Positions 38,288 to 48,260 of a stretch of 64,000 nucleotides of DNA are shown here, one piece after another. Each line of letters opens with the position of its first letter. Positions within the stretch are counted from its first letter, which is position 1. The DNA comes from Planctomycetota bacterium (lineage in GTDB: Bacteria; Planctomycetota; B15-G4; SIAN01), in contig JANNXA010000055.1 in the NCBI GenBank assembly GCA_031409275.1, forward strand, positions 160,001-224,000, in the 5' to 3' direction. Both the position numbers and the translations under genes were made by a program. A model generated the notes under the pieces. The model was not told the DNA's origin, did not search any database, and saw nothing but the letters and a program-made list of their open reading frames with translations.

Positions 38288-39439
38288 ATGGCGAAGGACG
38301 ACAAGAAGAGCCGCAAGCACGCGAGCGCCAACCCGGAGCTCGACAAGGTCACCGTCAAGTGCATCGATCGCGCGGCGACGCGCGTGCTCGACTCGATCAC
38401 GAAGAAGAAGCAGCCGGAACTCAAGTTCCCGGTCCGCTCGCTCTCCAACGTCGACTACGACGTGAAGAAGGGCTTCTTCGAGCTCGGCGAGAACCTCTCG
38501 ACGCGCACGCTCACCGTCAATTCGGTGAAGACCTTTGCGCAGACGCTGAAGCTGATGTCGCTCAGCAAGCAGATGGTGCTGGAGAACAACTCCGCCACCA
38601 AGCGAGAGGCGTACTACGTCAGCAAGAACTGGAAGGACGCTCGTTTCGACGAGCAGACCGAGTCGGACACCGTGATGGACGACGTCGAGGCGATGTTCAG
38701 CCTCGATGGCGTCACCCGCGAGCAGCTGCGCTTCGTCCCGGACGAGCACGGCGGTGCGGTGGCGGGCGAGCTGATCGTCATCGACCGCGACCCCAACTCG
38801 CACGAGCCGATCGAGATCGACTGCACCAAGTTCGGCACCGGCGCCTACACGATCCCCTCGTCCGTCGAGCACCTGAAGTTCCGCACCAACGCCAAGTTCG
38901 TGCTCGCCATCGAGACGGGCGGCATGTTCCAGCGCCTGCAGAGCAACGGCTACCCGAAGGATGCCCACTGCATCATCGTCTCGATGGCCGGCGTGCCGAC
39001 GCGCTCGACGCGCCGCTTCCTGCGCCGCCTCACCGATGACCTCGACCTCCCCGTCTACGCCTTCGTCGACTGCGACCCCTACGGCATCGCCAACATCTAC
39101 CGCACCTTGAAGGTCGGCTCCGGCAACGCCGCGCACATCAACCAGTTCTTCTGCGTTCCGCGCGCGCGCTTCCTCGGCGTCACGCCGCAGGACATCCTCG
39201 ACTTCAAGCTGCAGGACGCCACCCACCCGCTGCAGGAGGTCGACGAGAAGCGCGCCAAGGATGCGCTGAAGAACGACCCCTTCTTCAAGAAGAACAAGGC
39301 GTGGGTGCGCGCCTTCGAGCAGATGCTCTCGATGAAGGTCCGCGCCGAGCAGCAGGCGCTGACCAAGTGGGGACTCAATTACGTCATCGACGAGTACCTG
39401 CCGCGCAAGCTGAAGAGCCCGGGCACGTTCCTGCCGTAG
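38288..39439 (+). CDS. top6A: DNA topoisomerase VI subunit A (Spo11-like)
   Basis: TKREAYY (catalytic Tyr region), FDEQTESD, AIE, GVPTRSTR, DCDPYG (TOPRIM), AEQQAL. Confidence 0.96.
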   Translation: MAKDDKKSRKHASANPELDKVTVKCIDRAATRVLDSITKKKQPELKFPVRSLSNVDYDVKKGFFELGENLSTRTLTVNSVKTFAQTLKLMSLSKQMVLENNSATKREAYYVSKNWKDARFDEQTESDTVMDDVEAMFSLDGVTREQLRFVPDEHGGAVAGELIVIDRDPNSHEPIEIDCTKFGTGAYTIPSSVEHLKFRTNAKFVLAIETGGMFQRLQSNGYPKDAHCIIVSMAGVPTRSTRRFLRRLTDDLDLPVYAFVDCDPYGIANIYRTLKVGSGNAAHINQFFCVPRARFLGVTPQDILDFKLQDATHPLQEVDEKRAKDALKNDPFFKKNKAWVRAFEQMLSMKVRAEQQALTKWGLNYVIDEYLPRKLKSPGTFLP

Positions 39440-39462
39440 TCAGCGGGAGGGCGGGATGGCAA

Positions 39463-41004
39463 TCACTCCGTCTTCATCACGATTCCGTCGACGTCGATCG
39501 TCCCCTGGTCCACCGTCAGGGTGAGCCGCGTCTGGAATACCGGGTCGGCGGGCGCGGCGGGCGCGACGGCGGTGACCGTGTACTCCGCCCATTCCGTCGT
39601 GACGTCAAGCGAACGGGTCTCGCTCTTCAGCGGCGCGCTGCCCTGCTCCTGATCGCGGAAGTCGATCGTGAGCAGGAGCCGATCGGCGGGCGACGCGCCG
39701 CGCAGCCGCAGGGTCACGGTCACCGTCTGCCCGTCACTCGCGGGATTCGGCTGATGGACCGTGCTGCCGGCATCGAGGCGCAAGTAGCAGCTTCCCTCGT
39801 ACGCCCGCGCCACGTCGACGACCCGAGCGACCCCCGGGTCGTCGCGATAGCGCCAGCCGAAGCCGCCGAACGGCGCGATCGCCTCGAACCCACCGTTCGC
39901 GACATCGCCGCCGCTGCCAAAACCGCTCATCACGTCGAGCGGCTGCGCTTCCCAGCCGAGGCGCGCGGTGAGATGCGCAACGAGATAGGCCGCCGCGCCC
40001 GCGTGGTCGTACTCGCAACCGTGGTATCGCTCGAACAGCCAGGGAAACGTCGCGAAGGAGACGTTTCGATCGCCGTAGCGCGCGACGACATCGCCGGCGT
40101 AGTTCGCCGGCTCGCGCTTGCTCCAGCCGCGCGAACAGAAGAGCACGATGTGCGCGTCGGAATGAGCTGCTCGCAGCCGATCGAGCAGCGCAACGTAGCG
40201 CTGCTTCACCTGCGCCTTCCCGACCTCGAAGATGTCGTTCGACCCGAGGTCGACCACCACGACGTCGGCGGGAAACTCGGTGAAGTCCCAGCTCGGCGCC
40301 GGATCGTCCCGAAAGCGGCGGTCGTAATGCGTCTGCATCGCGGCGATCGTCTCGCCCGAGATCGAAACGTTGTGGTAGTCCGCGGCAAAGGCGCGCGCGA
40401 CGATCCCGGCGTAGCTCAAGTCGCAGCCGACGTGCTTCCAACCGCTCGCGTTGCGCTCGCTGGTGAGCGAGTCCCCAGCGACGCCGGAATCACCGTAGAA
40501 CTCGATCCGTCGCATCGCCGCTGGGGGCGGCTCGAGCAGCGCGAAACCCTGCAGGGCGAGCCCGTGCAGCGTGCTGCCGCTGCCGGCATCCGTCTCCTTG
40601 ACCAGCTCGACCCGGTGCACGCCGGACGGCAGGTCGGTCGCCAGATGGTAGCTCACCGCCCCAGGCGTCGCGGCGAAGCGGAGACCGTGCGCGCGATCGC
40701 CGTCGACGATGACGCGGAAGTACTCCGTGGCGCTGCCCGCGTCGAGCACGACCGACGCCGCGCTCCCTTCAAACATGAACTCGAGGCGCGCGCCCTGCCA
40801 ACCGACGCGCGGAAACTCGGGGTCGGTGAAATCCCAGCGCCCGACGTAACGCAGCAGCGGATCGGCCGGGCGAATCGAGAGCAGGATCGGCTGCCGATCG
40901 TGGTTTCCGATCGGAGCGGCGAGTGGCTGCGCACTGCCGCTGCGACAGCTGACCGACACCACGCCGAGGCAGACACTCCCGCCCGCGGCGAGAATCCACT
41001 TCAT
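39463..41004 (-). CDS. Exported SGNH/GDSL esterase (CE2-like) with C-terminal CBM-like domain
   Basis: YVGRW, IEFYGDS, DLGSND, YHGCEYDH, NGGFE; signal peptide with possible lipobox VSVSC. Confidence 0.8.
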   Translation of the reverse strand: MKWILAAGGSVCLGVVSVSCRSGSAQPLAAPIGNHDRQPILLSIRPADPLLRYVGRWDFTDPEFPRVGWQGARLEFMFEGSAASVVLDAGSATEYFRVIVDGDRAHGLRFAATPGAVSYHLATDLPSGVHRVELVKETDAGSGSTLHGLALQGFALLEPPPAAMRRIEFYGDSGVAGDSLTSERNASGWKHVGCDLSYAGIVARAFAADYHNVSISGETIAAMQTHYDRRFRDDPAPSWDFTEFPADVVVVDLGSNDIFEVGKAQVKQRYVALLDRLRAAHSDAHIVLFCSRGWSKREPANYAGDVVARYGDRNVSFATFPWLFERYHGCEYDHAGAAAYLVAHLTARLGWEAQPLDVMSGFGSGGDVANGGFEAIAPFGGFGWRYRDDPGVARVVDVARAYEGSCYLRLDAGSTVHQPNPASDGQTVTVTLRLRGASPADRLLLTIDFRDQEQGSAPLKSETRSLDVTTEWAEYTVTAVAPAAPADPVFQTRLTLTVDQGTIDVDGIVMKTE

Positions 41005-41008
41005 CCGT

Positions 41009-43108
41009 TCACTCCTTGGTCCGCAGCTCCGCCGCCAGCCCCTCCGCCGTCGTCACCGGCAGCTTGCACGTCCCGGCGCGGCAGACCCACGCGGTCGCCA
41101 CCTTCGCGTCGCGCCCTTCGAGCAAGGCGGTGAGCTTCGCGACCTCCGCGCGCGTCTCCTGCGTCGCGGCGATCACGACTCGGTTCGGGGCGAAGCCTGC
41201 GCGGAGCACCGCGAGGAACGGCGCGAGCGCGGCTCGATCGGGGGCGAGCAGCACCACTTCGGCGGGCTGCGACTGCGCGAAGTCGACGGCGGCGAGCATG
41301 CGCGACAACGCGTGGGGCATCTGCTCGAGCTTGCTGCGGTAGAGCTCGAGCGTGCGCAACGCGGCCAGACGGTAGCTCTCGTTGCCGGTCAGCTCGGCGA
41401 GGCGCAGGAGGTTGTGGACGTGGACGGACGGGCCCGAGGGGGTCGCGCCGTCCCATGCTTCTTTTCCGCGGACCAGCAGCGCTTCGGCGTCGTGCGCCGT
41501 GAAGAAGAAGCCGCCATGCTCGCTGTCCCAGAACTGCTCGAGCGTGACGTCGGCGAGGCGCTTCGCGAACGCGAGATCGGCCGGATCGAAACGCGCCTCC
41601 CACAGCTCGAGCAGCCCCTCGATCAGGAACGCGTAGTCGGCGAGGTTGCCGTCGTGGCGGGCACGGCCGTCCTTGAAGCTGCGCCGGAGCTTGCCGCCGT
41701 CGGCGTCGCTCCACAGCTCGCGCTTCACGAAGGCGGCCGCCGCGGTCGCCGCGTCGATCCAACGCGGCTCCCCCATCGCGGCACCAGCGCGCGCCAGCGC
41801 CGCGATCATGAGTCCGTTCCAGTCGGCCAGCACCTTGTCGTCGCGATTCGGGGCGATTCTCTGCGCGCGAGCGGCGAGGAGTTCGCGGCGCGCCGCGTCG
41901 ATACCGGCGCTCACCGCGGCCGGCTCCATCGAACGCGATTTCGCGAAGTCGGCCACGCTCCACGGCCGCCACAACACCGTCTTGCCATGCTCGAAATTGC
42001 CGCCGGGCCCGACCCCGAAGAACGGCGCCACCCATGCGGCACGCTCCGCCCCCAGCACGGCCTCGAACTGCGCCGGATCCCAGACGAAGTACTTGCCCTC
42101 TTCGCCTTCGCTGTCGGCGTCCTGTGTGGAATAGAAGCCGCCGGCGGGCGAGTGCATCTCGCGCAGCGCCCAGTCGAGCGTTGTGCGAACGGTCTGCGCG
42201 TGCGCCGCATCGCCGGTCGCAAGCCAGCCGTCGAGGTAGGCCATCGCGAGCAACGCGTTGTCGTAGAGCATCTTCTCGAAGTGCGGCACGGCCCAGCGCT
42301 CGTCGACCGAGTAGCGATGGAAGCCGCCGGCGAGCTGATCGTGGAGGCCGCCGCCGGCCATCTTCTCGAGCGAGCGGGCCGCCGCTTCGCGCGCGGGCGC
42401 TTGCCCGAAGCGCGCATCGATGCGCAGCAGCAGTTGCAGGTCCATCGAGTGCGGGAACTTGGGCGCTTCACCGAAACCGCCGTTCTCCTCGTCAAAGCCC
42501 CGCAGCAGCAGTTCCGCGGCGCGCGGCAGCAGGCTCGGATCGTCGACGAACGCGCCCGGCTCGCCGCCGCCGACCGCCGGAGCCGCGACGGCTGCTGCGA
42601 GTTCGCGCAGATGGTCGGTGAGTCCATCGGCCGATCGCAACACGCGCGGGCGATCCTCCTTCCAGAGGCGCGCCATCTCGTTCAGCACGCGCGGGAAGCC
42701 GGGGCGACCGTAGCGGTCGGCGGGCGGGAAGTAGGTGCCGCCGAAGAAGGGCTTCAAGTCGGGCGTGAGCCAGACCGACATCGGCCAGCCGCCGCTCTGC
42801 GTCAGCGTCTGCACCGCCTTCATGTAGACCTCGTCGACGTCGGGCCGCTCTTCGCGATCGACCTTGATGCAGACGAAGGAGGCGTTCATCAGCGCCGCGA
42901 TCGCTTCCTGCTCGAAGCTCTCGTGCTCCATCACGTGGCACCAATGGCAGGCCGAGTAGCCGATCGAAAGGAAGATCGGTTTGTCCTCCGCCTTCGCGCG
43001 CGCGAACGCCTCGGGCCCCCACGGATACCAGTCGACCGGGTTGTGGGCGTGCTGCAGCAGGTAGGGCGACGTCTCCTGCGCCAGGCGGTTCTCATGCTTC
43101 GCGGCCAT
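41009..43108 (-). CDS. Thioredoxin-domain protein of the YyaL/SSP411 (DUF255) family
   Basis: [74 protein letters not shown]. An alternative start is TTG 43222. Confidence 0.95.
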   Translation of the reverse strand: MAAKHENRLAQETSPYLLQHAHNPVDWYPWGPEAFARAKAEDKPIFLSIGYSACHWCHVMEHESFEQEAIAALMNASFVCIKVDREERPDVDEVYMKAVQTLTQSGGWPMSVWLTPDLKPFFGGTYFPPADRYGRPGFPRVLNEMARLWKEDRPRVLRSADGLTDHLRELAAAVAAPAVGGGEPGAFVDDPSLLPRAAELLLRGFDEENGGFGEAPKFPHSMDLQLLLRIDARFGQAPAREAAARSLEKMAGGGLHDQLAGGFHRYSVDERWAVPHFEKMLYDNALLAMAYLDGWLATGDAAHAQTVRTTLDWALREMHSPAGGFYSTQDADSEGEEGKYFVWDPAQFEAVLGAERAAWVAPFFGVGPGGNFEHGKTVLWRPWSVADFAKSRSMEPAAVSAGIDAARRELLAARAQRIAPNRDDKVLADWNGLMIAALARAGAAMGEPRWIDAATAAAAFVKRELWSDADGGKLRRSFKDGRARHDGNLADYAFLIEGLLELWEARFDPADLAFAKRLADVTLEQFWDSEHGGFFFTAHDAEALLVRGKEAWDGATPSGPSVHVHNLLRLAELTGNESYRLAALRTLELYRSKLEQMPHALSRMLAAVDFAQSQPAEVVLLAPDRAALAPFLAVLRAGFAPNRVVIAATQETRAEVAKLTALLEGRDAKVATAWVCRAGTCKLPVTTAEGLAAELRTKE

Positions 43109-43218
43109 CGCGTTCGACTCCAAAGCCGTGTCCTGCGCCGCGCTCGGCGAAGCAGGAGTCACGGGAACGCCGCACGCCACCGCGGCCCACCAGGCGAAAG
43201 CGCTCGCGCGAGGCGCGC

Positions 43219-43920
43219 TCAAGGCAGGAAGCGCGTTTCGCAGCGTCCGACGTAGCCGAGCAACTGTTCGCGCAACCAATCGTAGGTCTGCACGAACTGG
43301 GCGATGAGCCGCCCCGCCTCCGCCTCGGTCACCTGCGAGCGGAAGACACCGACGTTCTCGAGGAAGATCGTCTTCGGGTCGCGCTGCATCGTCTCGATCC
43401 GCGAGTGGAATTGCCCCTCGTCGACCGGCGCCGTCGGGAAGGTCATGCGCAAGCCCATCAGCAGCGGCGGGCGCTCGAAGTTCGCGTCATCTTCCGCAGT
43501 GAATGCGAGCATCGAACGCTTCATCAGGTCGACGGCATCCTGCGCGACGCGCGGCGTCGCCAGCGATTGCACCGCGAACTGCGTCGCCGCGAAGTGCGGG
43601 ATCTTGAGCTCGCTGAAGGCTGCGCGCGCGAACGCGTCGAGCCGCTTCTCGAAGTCCTCGCGCGAGAGGCCGGTGAGCTGCTCCTGGAGGCGGATGCGAT
43701 CCGGCAGGATCCACGCCGCCGACACGGCGCCCTGCTGCGCCACCGGATTGGCCAGCATCGCGCCGCCCTGCACCAGCTGGAAGTTCACGTAGCGCGTCGT
43801 CTCGCGCTCGAAGCACTTCGCGTGCATGCGCTGGAGATCCGCGAGCTGCCACTGCTGCGCCGGAAACACGAGCTCGGCCAGGAACTGGATGCTGCGCAAC
43901 GGGTGCAAGAGGCGCTCCAA
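43219..43920 (-). CDS. Hypothetical protein
   Basis: Protein-like alpha/beta composition; fits operon spacing; family not confidently recognised. Confidence 0.75.
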   Translation of the reverse strand: MERLLHPLRSIQFLAELVFPAQQWQLADLQRMHAKCFERETTRYVNFQLVQGGAMLANPVAQQGAVSAAWILPDRIRLQEQLTGLSREDFEKRLDAFARAAFSELKIPHFAATQFAVQSLATPRVAQDAVDLMKRSMLAFTAEDDANFERPPLLMGLRMTFPTAPVDEGQFHSRIETMQRDPKTIFLENVGVFRSQVTEAEAGRLIAQFVQTYDWLREQLLGYVGRCETRFLP

Positions 43921-43947
43921 CGAGAGTCGATCCGCGAGGGCCGCGCA

Positions 43948-45654
43948 TTATCGACGCGGCGACCCCGCGAGCAACCGCAGCGCGATCCACGGCACGAAGA
44001 CCGAGACCACCTGCATCCACGCCAACGTGCCCACCACCGCATCGCGCGACAGATGGACCAGCTGATAGAGGCGATAGGTCAGCATCTCCTGCGCTCCGGG
44101 CAGGAGCACGATCGCATCGAACTCGCGCAGCATCAGGCCGAGCGAGAGCGTGCCCACCGCGAAGAGCCCCGGCGCCAGCAACGGCAGTCGCAAGCGCCGG
44201 AACCGCGTCGCGCCCCCCACCGGCGCCAGTGCCGCGGCCTCTTCCAGTTCCGGCGAGAGGCGCCGCCACGACGCCGCCAGGGCCAGCACGGCGAGCGGCA
44301 GGAAGCGCGATGCGAGCGTCAAGGAGACCAGTCCGTAGCCGCGCGCGATGCGATCGACGATCCCCGAATCGGCCAGGAAGAGCTGCTCGCTCGCCATCCC
44401 GAGCAGCAAGCTCGGGAAGGCGAAGGGAAGCAGCACCAGCGCGCGCGCGGCGGTGCTGACGCGTGATGCGCGGGCGAGCGCACGCGCCGGCCCGATCGCC
44501 AGCAACAACACGATCAGCACGCCGAGCAGCGCGTTGCGCAAGCTCGCCACGATGTCGGGCGAGTAGCGGCGCAGCGCCTCGCGCGCGGGCGAGCGGCTCT
44601 GGTAGATCGACAGGTCGATCACCGGGGTCGCGAGGCGGTTCACGCCGCCGGCCGGATTCGCGCCGCTGGCGGAAGCGGGCGCGGGCGCGGGCGCGGCGGG
44701 CGCGACCACCGGCGGCGGCCCGTTCGACTGCTTCAGCGCCATCTGCCCCAGCACGCCAAGCGGGATCCCCGCGGTCGTGAGGACCACCGCCAGCAGGAAC
44801 AGGTGCGCGAGCGGTTGCCAGCGGCCGAGGTGGAACGGGCGCGGCGCGACGTGGCTGCCTTGCACCGAAGCGACCGAGCGGCGCTGTTCCGCGCGCGCCA
44901 GCAGCAGCAACGCGACGGCGGCGATCGCCACGAGGGGCACGGCGAAGGCCGTGGCGCTGATCGGATCGGAGTTGCGCACGAAGGCGCCGTAGATCTCGGT
45001 CGCGAACACTTGGAACGTCGCCTCGCCCTGCACCGCGAAGCTGAAGAAGTCGGGCACCACGAAGTCGGAGAGGGCGAAGACGAAGACCAGCAGTGCCCCC
45101 GCCGCGATGCCGCCGCGCGCCAACGGCAGCGTCACTCGCCACAGCGCCCGGCGCGCGCCCAACGAAACGCGCGCCGAGTCTTCGAGATCGGCTCCGACTT
45201 CACGGAACGCGCGCGCCGCCAGCAGCGCGACGACGGGGAAGAGCGCGCCGCCGAGGATCAGCACGATGGCCGGCAGGCCGCGCATCGGGTGCAACTGCAC
45301 CCAGGCGATTCCGGCGAGATACGGAGGCAACAGCAGCGGCACGAGCGCAAGCGCCTCGTAGAGGCGCGCGCCGCGCAGGTTGGTGCGCGCGACGAGGAAT
45401 CCGAACGGAACGCCGATCAGCGTCGTCGCCGCCACGACCGCGAGCGCGAGTTCGAGGCTGTTCCACAACGTCGCGCGGCGCGCGGCGGCACCGGCGTCAC
45501 TGCCGAAGATCGCCGCATACGCCGCGAGCGAGAAGCCTCCGCCCTGCGGAAAGAGCGAGCGGCCGATCAGGTAGAGCACCGGCCCGAACGCGACCAGCGC
45601 GAACGGCAGCCAAGGCAACCAGCGCTTCAGCAGCCGAGTCGAATCGGAAGCCAT
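43948..45654 (-). CDS. ABC transporter permease, FbpB/ThiP-like (two fused TM domains)
   Basis: LWNSL, PLLLPPYL, two EAA-like loops (LEDSARVS, LEEAAAL), SDF.VP. Confidence 0.88.
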   Translation of the reverse strand: MASDSTRLLKRWLPWLPFALVAFGPVLYLIGRSLFPQGGGFSLAAYAAIFGSDAGAAARRATLWNSLELALAVVAATTLIGVPFGFLVARTNLRGARLYEALALVPLLLPPYLAGIAWVQLHPMRGLPAIVLILGGALFPVVALLAARAFREVGADLEDSARVSLGARRALWRVTLPLARGGIAAGALLVFVFALSDFVVPDFFSFAVQGEATFQVFATEIYGAFVRNSDPISATAFAVPLVAIAAVALLLLARAEQRRSVASVQGSHVAPRPFHLGRWQPLAHLFLLAVVLTTAGIPLGVLGQMALKQSNGPPPVVAPAAPAPAPASASGANPAGGVNRLATPVIDLSIYQSRSPAREALRRYSPDIVASLRNALLGVLIVLLLAIGPARALARASRVSTAARALVLLPFAFPSLLLGMASEQLFLADSGIVDRIARGYGLVSLTLASRFLPLAVLALAASWRRLSPELEEAAALAPVGGATRFRRLRLPLLAPGLFAVGTLSLGLMLREFDAIVLLPGAQEMLTYRLYQLVHLSRDAVVGTLAWMQVVSVFVPWIALRLLAGSPRR

Positions 45655-45717
45655 GGCGGGATCCAGTCCACGTCGCATCGCCCCCGCGATGGCCCGAAGC
45701 CTAGGACCGCGCCGCGG

Positions 45718-46350
45718 CTAGTCAATCTCCGCCGCGTTGCTGATGACGCGATCGACGAGCCCGTAACTGACCGCTTCCTGCGCGGTCAGCCAGAAGTCGC
45801 GCTGGCAATCGGCCTTCACCTTCGCGGCGGCGCGGCCCGTTTCGAGCTCGACGATCCGGTTGTACTTCTCGCGGATCCGCTCGATCTCGGTCGAGGTGAT
45901 CTCGAGGTCGCTCGCGCTGCCCATCGCCTGCATCGAAGGCTGGTGGAGCAGGAAGCGGGAGTTGGGCAGCGAGAAGCGCATCCCCTTGCGACCGCCAAGG
46001 AAGATCGGCACGCCGGCCGACGCCGAGAGGCCCGCGCAGATCGTGCGGATCGGCGCGCGGATGAACTTCATCACGTCGTAGATCGCAAACCCAGAGTCGG
46101 CGTCGCCGCCCGGCGAATTGACCCAGACGGTGATCGGCTTCTCGTGGTTGCGACCGTCGAGCAGCAACAGCGCGGAGCACGCCTTCTCCATCAGGCCGCG
46201 ATCGACCGGCTTGGCGATCATCACGACCCGCTGCTTCAGCAGCAGCCGCAGCCCCGGGGGCATCGGCGGCGCCTTCTTCTTGTCGGTCTTCTCGGGTTCG
46301 GCGAGGAGCGGTCGGTCGCCGTCAAGGCCAGTTTCGCGCGAGGAAGCCAT
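45718..46350 (-). CDS. clpP: Clp protease proteolytic subunit
   Basis: NSPGG, GLSASAG (Ser), LHQP (His), RDFWL (Asp), YGLVD. Confidence 0.95.
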   Translation of the reverse strand: MASSRETGLDGDRPLLAEPEKTDKKKAPPMPPGLRLLLKQRVVMIAKPVDRGLMEKACSALLLLDGRNHEKPITVWVNSPGGDADSGFAIYDVMKFIRAPIRTICAGLSASAGVPIFLGGRKGMRFSLPNSRFLLHQPSMQAMGSASDLEITSTEIERIREKYNRIVELETGRAAAKVKADCQRDFWLTAQEAVSYGLVDRVISNAAEID

Positions 46351-46486
46351 CGGCTCTCGATCTCCCATTGCCTGCGCGCGGCCAAGGAAGCCGCGAAGGC
46401 CGCGCAGGATATCCAAACCCATCGCTGTCCCGATCGGCCAACGCGCCGTTCCAGCTCAAGCTCGAAGCCAGGATGCTGGGCCGCGG

Positions 46487-47224
46487 TCAGCTTTCCTTGC
46501 GGAAGACGAGGTTGTGGTCGGGCGACCACGCCATCGCCTTCCAGGCCGGCACGAGCTTCTCGAGTTCGGCGATCAGCTGCAGCGGCCACTCCTTCGTCTG
46601 CAGCTCGGGCGCCTCGGCCGGCCATTGGCGGCAGAGCGTGAAGCGGTGTTCGCCCGGCTTGAACCACTGCGCGAAGGTCTGGAGCATCCCCGGCGTCATC
46701 TGTTCGCACGGGTAGAGCTTCTGCCAATCGTGGATCCGCATCGAGTAGCCGACCAGCGGCCGCACCGCGGCCGACAGCCGCTCGACCTGCGGCGACTCCT
46801 TGCAGCTCTTCAGCAGGTTCTGCGTGTCCCACCAGCTGCGTTCGGAGATGCGGATGCCCAGCGTGAAGTGCTTGAGCGTCAGCTCGCCATAGAGCAGCGC
46901 ATGGAAGTAGGACGGATCGATGTCCTCGGCGAACTCCTGGCCGAGGATCTGCTGCAACTGCACGCGCTCCTTCTTCCCGGGGAAGAGCGTGAACCACAGC
47001 GCGTCGACGCGATAGCCGTTGAAGCTGAACGGGTGGTTGATCGAGGTCTTGGTCTCGAACTTCACCTCGGTCCGCTTGACGAGTTCCTTGACCGCGAGCT
47101 TGCCGATCGCGCCCAGGTTGGCGCGCACCAGCCGGCGCGCGTCGTTGAACATCGGGTCGCGCGTCTTGTGCGGCTCGAAGACCAGGAAGTCGGCGGGGCG
47201 GAACGGGCGAACGACGTCAGCCAT
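46487..47224 (-). CDS. Hypothetical protein (possibly DUF1054/YktB-like)
   Basis: N-terminal F..ADF.VF pattern; protein-like composition. The family guess is weak. Confidence 0.7.
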   Translation of the reverse strand: MADVVRPFRPADFLVFEPHKTRDPMFNDARRLVRANLGAIGKLAVKELVKRTEVKFETKTSINHPFSFNGYRVDALWFTLFPGKKERVQLQQILGQEFAEDIDPSYFHALLYGELTLKHFTLGIRISERSWWDTQNLLKSCKESPQVERLSAAVRPLVGYSMRIHDWQKLYPCEQMTPGMLQTFAQWFKPGEHRFTLCRQWPAEAPELQTKEWPLQLIAELEKLVPAWKAMAWSPDHNLVFRKES

Positions 47225-47330
47225 CGGGAGTCCAGCGCGGGACGAGGGGGGTGAGTGGTCGCGACGATAGACTCTCGCCCCTTCCGAAACCCGGCCCGAT
47301 CGGCGCAGAGCGTCGCGGCCAAGGAGCGCC

Positions 47331-48260
47331 ATGCAGCCCGCCAAACAGCTGTGGATGGACGGACGACTGATCGAGTGGGATGCCGCTCGTGTCCACGTGA
47401 TGGCGAGCACGCTCCACTACGGCGTCGGCGTCTTCGAGGGCGTGCGCTGCTACGCCCAGCAATCGGGGCCGCCGGCGATCTTCCGGCTCGACGACCACAT
47501 CGATCGGCTGATCGACTCGGCGCGCTGCGTCGACATGGCGTTGCCGTTCGACCGCGCCGCGCTGATCGCCGCGTGCAAGGAGGTCGTGCGCGCCAACGGT
47601 TTTGGCGACTGCTACCTGCGACCGATCGCGTTCTACGACGACGGCGAGGCCGGCCTCGGCGCGATCAACCCGGTGCGCGTCGCGGTGATCGCCTTCCAAT
47701 GGGGTGCCTACCTCGGCCGCGACGGGCTCGAGAAGGGCATCTCGACCACGATCTCGTCGTGGATCCGCCACCACCCCGGCTCGGCGATGCTGCGCGCAAA
47801 GATCTCGGGCCAGTACGTGACCTCGGTGCTCGCCAAGCGGCTCGCGAAGAAGAACGGCTTCGACGAGGCGATCTTCTGCGACGTCAACGGTTCCGTCTGC
47901 GAAGGGACCGGCGAGAACCTCTTCCTCGTGCGCCACGGCGTCCTGAAGACGCCACCGACGAGCTCCGCGATCCTCGCGGGCATCACGCGTGACTCGGTGC
48001 TGGCGCTGGCGCGCGCCGCCGCCCGCGAGCAGGCCCTCGAGGTGGTCGAGGAGCCCTTCGCACGCGACGAACTCTTCCTCGCCGACGAGGCGTTCTTCAC
48101 CGGCACCGCGGCCGAGGTGACGCCGATCCGCGCCATCGACCACCGACCCGTCGGTATTGGCAGTCGCGGGAAGGTCACCGCCGACCTGCAGGCTCGCTTC
48201 TTCCGCGCGGCTCGCGGCCACGAAGCGGCCTTCCGCCATTGGCTCGCCCCCATCGCGTGA
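47331..48260 (+). CDS. ilvE: Branched-chain amino acid aminotransferase
   Basis: LHYGVGVFEGVR, YLRP, WGAYLG, AKISGQY (PLP Lys), EGTGENLF, ILAGITR, TGTAAEVTP. Confidence 0.96.
   Translation: MQPAKQLWMDGRLIEWDAARVHVMASTLHYGVGVFEGVRCYAQQSGPPAIFRLDDHIDRLIDSARCVDMALPFDRAALIAACKEVVRANGFGDCYLRPIAFYDDGEAGLGAINPVRVAVIAFQWGAYLGRDGLEKGISTTISSWIRHHPGSAMLRAKISGQYVTSVLAKRLAKKNGFDEAIFCDVNGSVCEGTGENLFLVRHGVLKTPPTSSAILAGITRDSVLALARAAAREQALEVVEEPFARDELFLADEAFFTGTAAEVTPIRAIDHRPVGIGSRGKVTADLQARFFRAARGHEAAFRHWLAPIA

Noticed and set aside
36577..39439. Defence system or mobile-element topoisomerase (Wadjet JetD, Topo VIII)
   Set aside because: Canonical separate Top6B and Top6A, with no SMC/kleisin or mobility genes nearby.
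44675..44705. GCGGGC short repeats
   Set aside because: They encode a Pro-Ala linker inside the permease.
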